Source: an uncultured virus (IMG/VR IMGVR_UViG_3300025126_000012) (taxonomy: Duplodnaviria; Heunggongvirae; Uroviricota; Caudoviricetes). Taken from it: a stretch of 20,000 nucleotides of DNA. Position 1 is the first letter of the stretch; each line of letters starts with the position of its first letter. This document shows positions 16,157 through 20,000 of the stretch, in pieces. Where the stretch lies: IMG/VR virus record IMGVR_UViG_3300025126_000012; one strand, 5' to 3'. A program made the translations under genes and the position numbers. The notes under the pieces are model-generated. The model was not told the origin of the DNA. It ran no database searches and worked only from the letters and a program-made list of their open reading frames with translations.

Positions 16157-16717
16157 ATGAAAACATATTATACAATCTACAAGATAACAAATCAAATTGA
16201 TGGCAAATTCTATATTGGAAGCCATAAGACCAGAAATTTGAATGACTCATATATGGGTTCTGGTAAGTATCTTAGATATGCCATTGAAAAATATGGGTTG
16301 GAGAATTTTGAAAAAGAGATTCTTTATATATTTGATACATCCGAAGATATGTATACAAAAGAGGAGGAAATAGTAAATGAAGAATTCTTATCTGAAGAAA
16401 ACACTTATAATTTGAAACTTGGTGGATTAGGCGGGTGGGACCATATAAATTCGAATGTTGAGCTTCGAATAGAAAAGAACAAGACAGCAATGGAAAATGC
16501 AAATAAAAATGGCTGCTCAATATTAGGAAATATGCGGCATTATATAAAACAAGAAAATTATAAAAATAATCCAAATAAATGTTTACATTGTGGTAAAGAG
16601 TTAGAATACTCAAAAAGAAATAACAAATTTTGTGGTCATGTTTGTTCAGCAACACACGTAAATAAAACACGAACATTAAAAAAGAATTTGCAAGGTCCCG
16701 TATCCACACATTCATAG
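16157..16717 (+). CDS. Free-standing GIY-YIG (Seg-like) homing endonuclease with C-terminal Cys cluster
   Basis: [48 protein letters not shown]...[11 protein letters not shown] 16157 is used because the longer ORF runs through tRNAs. Confidence 0.9.
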   Translation: MKTYYTIYKITNQIDGKFYIGSHKTRNLNDSYMGSGKYLRYAIEKYGLENFEKEILYIFDTSEDMYTKEEEIVNEEFLSEENTYNLKLGGLGGWDHINSNVELRIEKNKTAMENANKNGCSILGNMRHYIKQENYKNNPNKCLHCGKELEYSKRNNKFCGHVCSATHVNKTRTLKKNLQGPVSTHS

Positions 16718-16747
16718 GTGGCTAATACCGTCTTGTATAGTAACAAC

Positions 16748-16820
16748 TGCGACTTCTATCAGTAGACTTCTGGCTCATAACCACGAATGGGAGTAGGTGC
16801 AATTCCTGCGGTCGCAACCA
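16748..16820 (+). tRNA. tRNA-Met(CAT), initiator-like ends, atypical D-arm
   Basis: TGCGACT/GGTCGCA-ACCA, TCTA-TCAG-TAGA, TGG-CTCATAA-CCA, GTAGG-TGCAATT-CCTGC. Confidence 0.7.
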
Positions 16821-16836
16821 ATTAAATATAGTTTAT

Positions 16837-16907
16837 GGGGGCAGTAATGGGTTACGGCAATCATTTGCGATGATTGTGCTGGTAGGGTTCGATTCCCTCG
16901 GCCTCCA
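16837..16907 (+). tRNA. tRNA-Ala(TGC) with atypical D-arm, no encoded CCA
   Basis: GGGGGC/GCCTCC with G3:U70, GTAA-TGGG-TTAC, AATCA-TTTGCGA-TGATT, AGGG-TTCGATT-CCCT. Confidence 0.8.
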
Positions 16908-16930
16908 ATCCTAATGTGTACGGAGGTAAA

Positions 16931-17382
16931 ATGAAATCATTTAAAGTATTTTAAAAGTAAAGAACATGGTTAAAAATCATAACTTGGCAAAATCAATTCA
17001 CGATGCTTCATGGTCGGAATTGGTGCGTCAGCTTGAGTATAAGTCCAATTGGTACGGTAAAACATTTACCAAAATTGATACTTTTTTCCCATCTTCTAAA
17101 ACTTGCAACTGCTGTGGTCATAAGGTAGAGTCTTTGCCGCTCGACATTAGGGAATGGATTTGTCCATCTTGTAGTGCTGAGCATGATAGAGATGTAAATG
17201 CAGCAAACAACATTCTGGATGAGGGCCTTCGTGACCTTTATTCCTTAACATCGGCCGAATTAGTCGATTACAAACGCAGAGAAGCAGTTAGTCCCGATTA
17301 TAGTGTTCTGCACCAAAATTTGGCATCTTTGATGAAGCGTTTAGCAAAAGTAAACTTTACAGAAGTTTACGGTTATGCATAA
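16931..17382 (+). mobile_element. tnpB: IS200/IS605-family TnpB remnant with internal deletion
   Basis: GGAGGT RBS plus MKSFK stub at 16931, then in another frame LKVKNMVKNHNLAKSIHDASW...LEYK...PSSKTCNCCG...WICPSC..HDRDVNAANNI (Zn ribbon and RuvC-III). Confidence 0.88.
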
Positions 17383-17408
17383 TTATGATAGTTGTGGGCA
17401 AATACTAT

Positions 17409-17501
17409 GGAAGAGCAAACCGACTGGCGACGGTACCTGTCTTGAAAACAGTTGAGGTAATGACCTTACCCTTGGGGGTTCGACTCCGCCCTCTTCCGCC
17501 A
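17409..17501 (+). tRNA. tRNA-Ser(TGA)
   Basis: GGAAGAG/CTCTTCC-GCCA, CTGT-CTTGAAA-ACAG, long variable arm. Confidence 0.9.
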
Positions 17502-17531
17502 ACAGATTCGTAAAATGATAATCTGATTTAT

Positions 17532-17605
17532 GACCCTAAAGCATTAAAGTGATGTACCGGTCTCCAAACCCGGCGAATGCGGAGCATTACCGTATAGGGT
17601 TGCCA
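17532..17605 (+). tRNA. tRNA-Trp(CCA)
   Basis: GACCCTA/TAGGGTT-GCCA, CCGG-T-CTCCAAA-C-CCGG, T-loop AGCATTA. Confidence 0.8.
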
Positions 17606-17610
17606 ATAAT

Positions 17611-17686
17611 GCCCGGGTAGATGAAAGGTTCAATCGGTCTCCCTACAAGTGACAGCATGTCAGTTCGAGTCTGACACCGGGCACCA
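17611..17686 (+). tRNA. tRNA-Val(TAC), C at position 33
   Basis: GCCCGG/CCGGGC-ACCA, GTCTC-CCTACAA-GTGAC, GTCAG-TTCGAGT-CTGAC. Confidence 0.78.
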
Positions 17687-17713
17687 ATTCAGTACTTATG
17701 ATAAGGAAAGACA

Positions 17714-17997
17714 TATGAAAACGCATGTTCTTTTTGTGATGGAATCAACATTAGCAGCAAAAGAAAAATTCGAAGAATTGATGAATTTTACATTGATGAT
17801 GCAATTAAATAATCTACCCGATTCAAAATTCTAGAAACATCTGACTTTGAATACACAATTAAATCTATGTCCGACTCGAACGAATCTTGTTATGGGATAG
17901 AGTTCAATACGTGCATAATTATCTGATGTTTGTAAAAGTAAAATTGATATGGAAAAATTAATGTTGATTAAATCAAGAATCAGACATCCTCACTGAT
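17714..17997 (+). pseudogene. Probable frameshifted small gene
   Basis: AAGGA RBS + MKTHVLFVME...; protein-like reading continues in shifted frames (ILETSDFEYTIKS...YGIEFNTCII, then SDVCKSKIDMEKLMLIKSRIRHPH*). Confidence 0.4.
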
Positions 17998-18055
17998 GGA
18001 CAGACATTTCTTTCCTAAAGAAATAGGATAGGTTCGATGCCTATTGGGGATTCCA
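17986..18055 (+). tRNA. tRNA-Arg(CCT) with minimal D-arm
   Basis: ATCCTCA/TGGGGAT-TCCA, CTG-ATGGA-CAG, TTTCT-TTCCTAA-AGAAA, ATAGG-TTCGATG-CCTAT. Confidence 0.78.
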
Positions 18056-18061
18056 AAATTC

Positions 18062-18412
18062 ACAATCGAAAGATTGTAAAGCAGGAGAGTATTAAAGGCT
18101 TGGAAGACGGGAGGGGCAGTACCTCCCCAGGTCCACCACTAATGGTGTTAAACAGTAAACGGATAGATAGAACTTGACGAAGGGACTATCCAATATGATG
18201 GGTGCATCAAACTGAACTACCAAATTAATATCATTAGTAATGGGCCTGATATAGATTCGATTTTGAGGAAATAGACTTTCTTGGGATAGTCAGACGACTG
18301 ACTAAAATAGCGTAAATAAAGTAAACGCAGCTAATGATAGCTTATATGCACTAGCGGCTTGATTGTCGTGTAGTGCCGAGTTTGGTGCTTTTCTTGGGAA
18401 CAGAAAAAGCAC
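18062..18412 (+). ncRNA. ssrA: Circularly permuted two-piece tmRNA, alphaproteobacterial type
   Basis: The acceptor piece ending CAGGTCC-ACCA (18138) precedes the coding piece starting GGGCCTG...GATTCGA (18242). G3:U70, T-loop GGCAGTA, tag AANDSLYALAA* at 18327-18362, AACAGAA in the 3' pseudoknot. Confidence 0.93.
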
Positions 18413-18442
18413 ACTTAATTGTTACATTAAATGGAAGAATTC

Positions 18443-18700
18443 ATGTCTACAAAAAAGCAAAAATCGTGTCCATTTTGCGGAAGACCTTCAGATGTTTTAG
18501 ATAATGAAACATTATACCCTAACGGGCTTTATTGGAGGATAGAGGATGGCATTAAACATTACATTTCATTTGAGGATAGAAAAAGTGAGGATAATAAGTG
18601 CTGGACTTACAACTGCCCTGTAGTGGCAGGCGGGTGCGGCGCGGAAATTTATGGCGACTCGCGTGACGAATGCATAGAAAAATGGAATACTCGAGTTTAA
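18443..18700 (+). CDS. Lar-like (restriction alleviation) zinc-binding small protein
   Basis: KSCPFCG...C....GGCGA...IEKWNTRV pattern. Confidence 0.7.
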   Translation: MSTKKQKSCPFCGRPSDVLDNETLYPNGLYWRIEDGIKHYISFEDRKSEDNKCWTYNCPVVAGGCGAEIYGDSRDECIEKWNTRV

Positions 18701-18720
18701 TTATTCTTTTTAGCAAAAAT

Positions 18721-18748
18721 TTGACAATTATTCTACCGTTGTTAAAAT
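18721..18748 (+). promoter_or_regulatory. sigma70-type promoter
   Basis: TTGACA 18721, 16 nt, TAAAAT 18743. Confidence 0.65.
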
Positions 18749-18784
18749 GGCAATCATCATTGATTATTAAAGGAAAGGAATGAA

Positions 18785-18988
18785 ATGCAAAAAAATATCG
18801 GGATGTTTTTGGGGGGCATTGCAATGGTTGCGATTATCTCTGTGGTTCTTGCTCTGCCTGTGATGTGGGTGTGGAATGCGGCATTTGTTGGTACGATTGA
18901 CGGTGTACATGAAATTGGATTTTGGAATGCTCTTGGTATCCTATTTCTTTGTTCAATGTTGTTCAAAAATAATACGTCTAACAAATAA
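18785..18988 (+). CDS. Small two-TM membrane protein
   Basis: AAGGA RBS; hydrophobic segments around MWVWN and IGFWNALGI. Confidence 0.8.
   Translation: MQKNIGMFLGGIAMVAIISVVLALPVMWVWNAAFVGTIDGVHEIGFWNALGILFLCSMLFKNNTSNK
18817..18971 (+). repeat. Direct repeat copy 1 (at least 155 bp, identical to 19846-20000)
   Basis: Base-by-base identity from CATTGCAATGG to TTCAAAAATA. Confidence 0.95.
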
Positions 18989-18997
18989 GGAATAACA

Positions 18998-19132
18998 ATG
19001 TCGACAAATCAGAAATTTTATTGGGGATTTGCCCAATTCATCAGAGTTTGCTTATTGCCTATTGTCATTCCTGTAAGAATTTACGAAATGATTAAAGGAG
19101 CAAAAAATGAAACATCAGTATCTGGTCTGTGA
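18998..19132 (+). CDS. Small hydrophobic protein (44 aa), not in the ORF track
   Basis: AAGGA RBS; MSTNQKFYWGFAQFIRVCLLPIVIPVRIYEMIKGAKNETSVSGL*. Confidence 0.55.
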   Translation: MSTNQKFYWGFAQFIRVCLLPIVIPVRIYEMIKGAKNETSVSGL

Positions 19133-19688
19133 CAAAGGAGGTCAACCACAATATTGGGCTTCTATGGAAGCTTCTATTCTGTTAAAAGTTAAAGACTCCT
19201 TGAGTTATGAATTTGGGGATTCAAATAGATATAGAGGAGGCATTTCTCGTATTACTGGAGAACGGTCTGCGGTGGATATAGCTCCGATATTATTCTTGAA
19301 AGATTCCATCAAATACGAAACAAGAATTCCACCTCTTACTAATACTAATTTATTCAGCAGAGATTTAAACATTTGTGCATATTGTGGTAGACATTATCCT
19401 TCACACAAATTATCGTGCGACCATATTCATCCGACCTCAAAGGGAGGTAAAAATGTGTGGACAAATGTAGTTTCAGCATGTAAAGCATGTAATCATGAAA
19501 AAGCAGATTATTTACTACACGAGATTGACATGGAATTGATTTACATTCCGTACACACCAAATCATGCTGAAAGATTGTTGATGCAAAACAGACGAGTATT
19601 AGCTGACCAAATGGATTATCTGCGAGGGTTCTTGCCGAAACATTCAAGAATTTTAGCGGCTCCTCATTTTTTAGGTATGATACAGTAA
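19107..19688 (+). CDS. HNH endonuclease (McrA-like, Cys4 zinc)
   Basis: LFSRDLNICAYCG, CDHIHPTSKGG.N.WTNVVSACKACNHEK. Confidence 0.9.
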   Translation: MKHQYLVCDKGGQPQYWASMEASILLKVKDSLSYEFGDSNRYRGGISRITGERSAVDIAPILFLKDSIKYETRIPPLTNTNLFSRDLNICAYCGRHYPSHKLSCDHIHPTSKGGKNVWTNVVSACKACNHEKADYLLHEIDMELIYIPYTPNHAERLLMQNRRVLADQMDYLRGFLPKHSRILAAPHFLGMIQ

Positions 19689-19711
19689 AACCCCACTTCG
19701 GTGGGGTTTTT
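19687..19711 (+). terminator. Rho-independent terminator with UUCG tetraloop
   Basis: AAAACCCCAC-TTCG-GTGGGGTTTTT. Confidence 0.92.
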
Positions 19712-19728
19712 AATGTCTATAATAAGTA

Positions 19729-19780
19729 TAAGTATTTGATTTATCTAGGTATTTGACATTTAATTTAGTCGTGGTATAAT
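19729..19780 (+). promoter_or_regulatory. sigma70-type promoter with IHF-like box
   Basis: TAAGTATTTGATT 19729; TTGACA 19753; TG-G-TATAAT ending 19780. Confidence 0.8.
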
Positions 19781-19813
19781 GTATTCCTCAATTAAATAAC
19801 ACGGAGAAATAAA

Positions 19814-20000
19814 ATGAAAAAAATTATCGAAGGTCTTTTGAAAATCATTGCAATGGTTGCGATTATCTCTGTGGTTCTTGCTCTGCCTGTGATGTGGGTG
19901 TGGAATGCGGCATTTGTTGGTACGATTGACGGTGTACATGAAATTGGATTTTGGAATGCTCTTGGTATCCTATTTCTTTGTTCAATGTTGTTCAAAAATA
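19814..20000 (+). CDS. Second copy of the small membrane protein with a different N-terminus (3' truncated by window)
   Basis: GGAG RBS; MKKIIEGLLKI then identical to 18785..18988 from IAMVAII. Confidence 0.8.
   Translation, partial: MKKIIEGLLKIIAMVAIISVVLALPVMWVWNAAFVGTIDGVHEIGFWNALGILFLCSMLFKN
19846..20000 (+). repeat. Direct repeat copy 2
   Basis: Identical to 18817-18971; runs off the window end. Confidence 0.95.

Noticed and set aside
1654..19688. Genome-wide TAG reassignment (alternative genetic code)
   Set aside because: Long genes (helicase, ligase, PNK, glycosyltransferase) have no internal TAG, and TAG ends several genes at plausible C-termini (7453, 8054, 9188, 16717). Only one internal TAG was seen.
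1680..19995. All minus-strand ORFs and nested alternate-frame ORFs in the track (for example 12390-12710, 16272-16715, 15392-15676, 18757-18984)
   Set aside because: They are shadows of well-supported + strand genes or tRNAs, with no motifs or RBS.
1..20000. T4 late promoters (TATAAATA) and MotA boxes
   Set aside because: I saw only imperfect matches (for example GATAAATA at 5042 and TATAAATG near 14617) in very AT-rich DNA; not supportable.

Overview
AT-rich segment of a large T4-like (myovirus-type) phage genome; every credible gene is on the + strand. It runs from the end of a probable gp40 and the gp41 replicative helicase through nucleotide/DNA-modification genes (metallophosphoesterase interrupted by an in-frame TAG, HAD nucleotidase, DexA-like exonuclease, TAGT/GREB1-like glycosyltransferase), a structured non-coding region with 25-bp tandem repeats (possible origin), RNA repair genes (RNA ligase 1, PNK/phosphatase), a GC-rich host-derived seryl-tRNA synthetase with its catalytic core deleted in frame, and a lytic transglycosylase. 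A ~5 kb RNA island follows: an ORF-free structured leader, about 20 tRNA or tRNA-like genes (several with non-canonical architecture), a GIY-YIG endonuclease, an internally deleted TnpB and an alphaproteobacterial-type two-piece (permuted) tmRNA. The window ends with an HNH module flanked by a 155-bp exact direct repeat. The most unusual signals are the rewired tRNAs, the SerRS mini-protein, the permuted tmRNA and an IHF-like box at fixed spacing upstream of the sigma70 promoters. All calls are by eye; no searches or folding programs were run.
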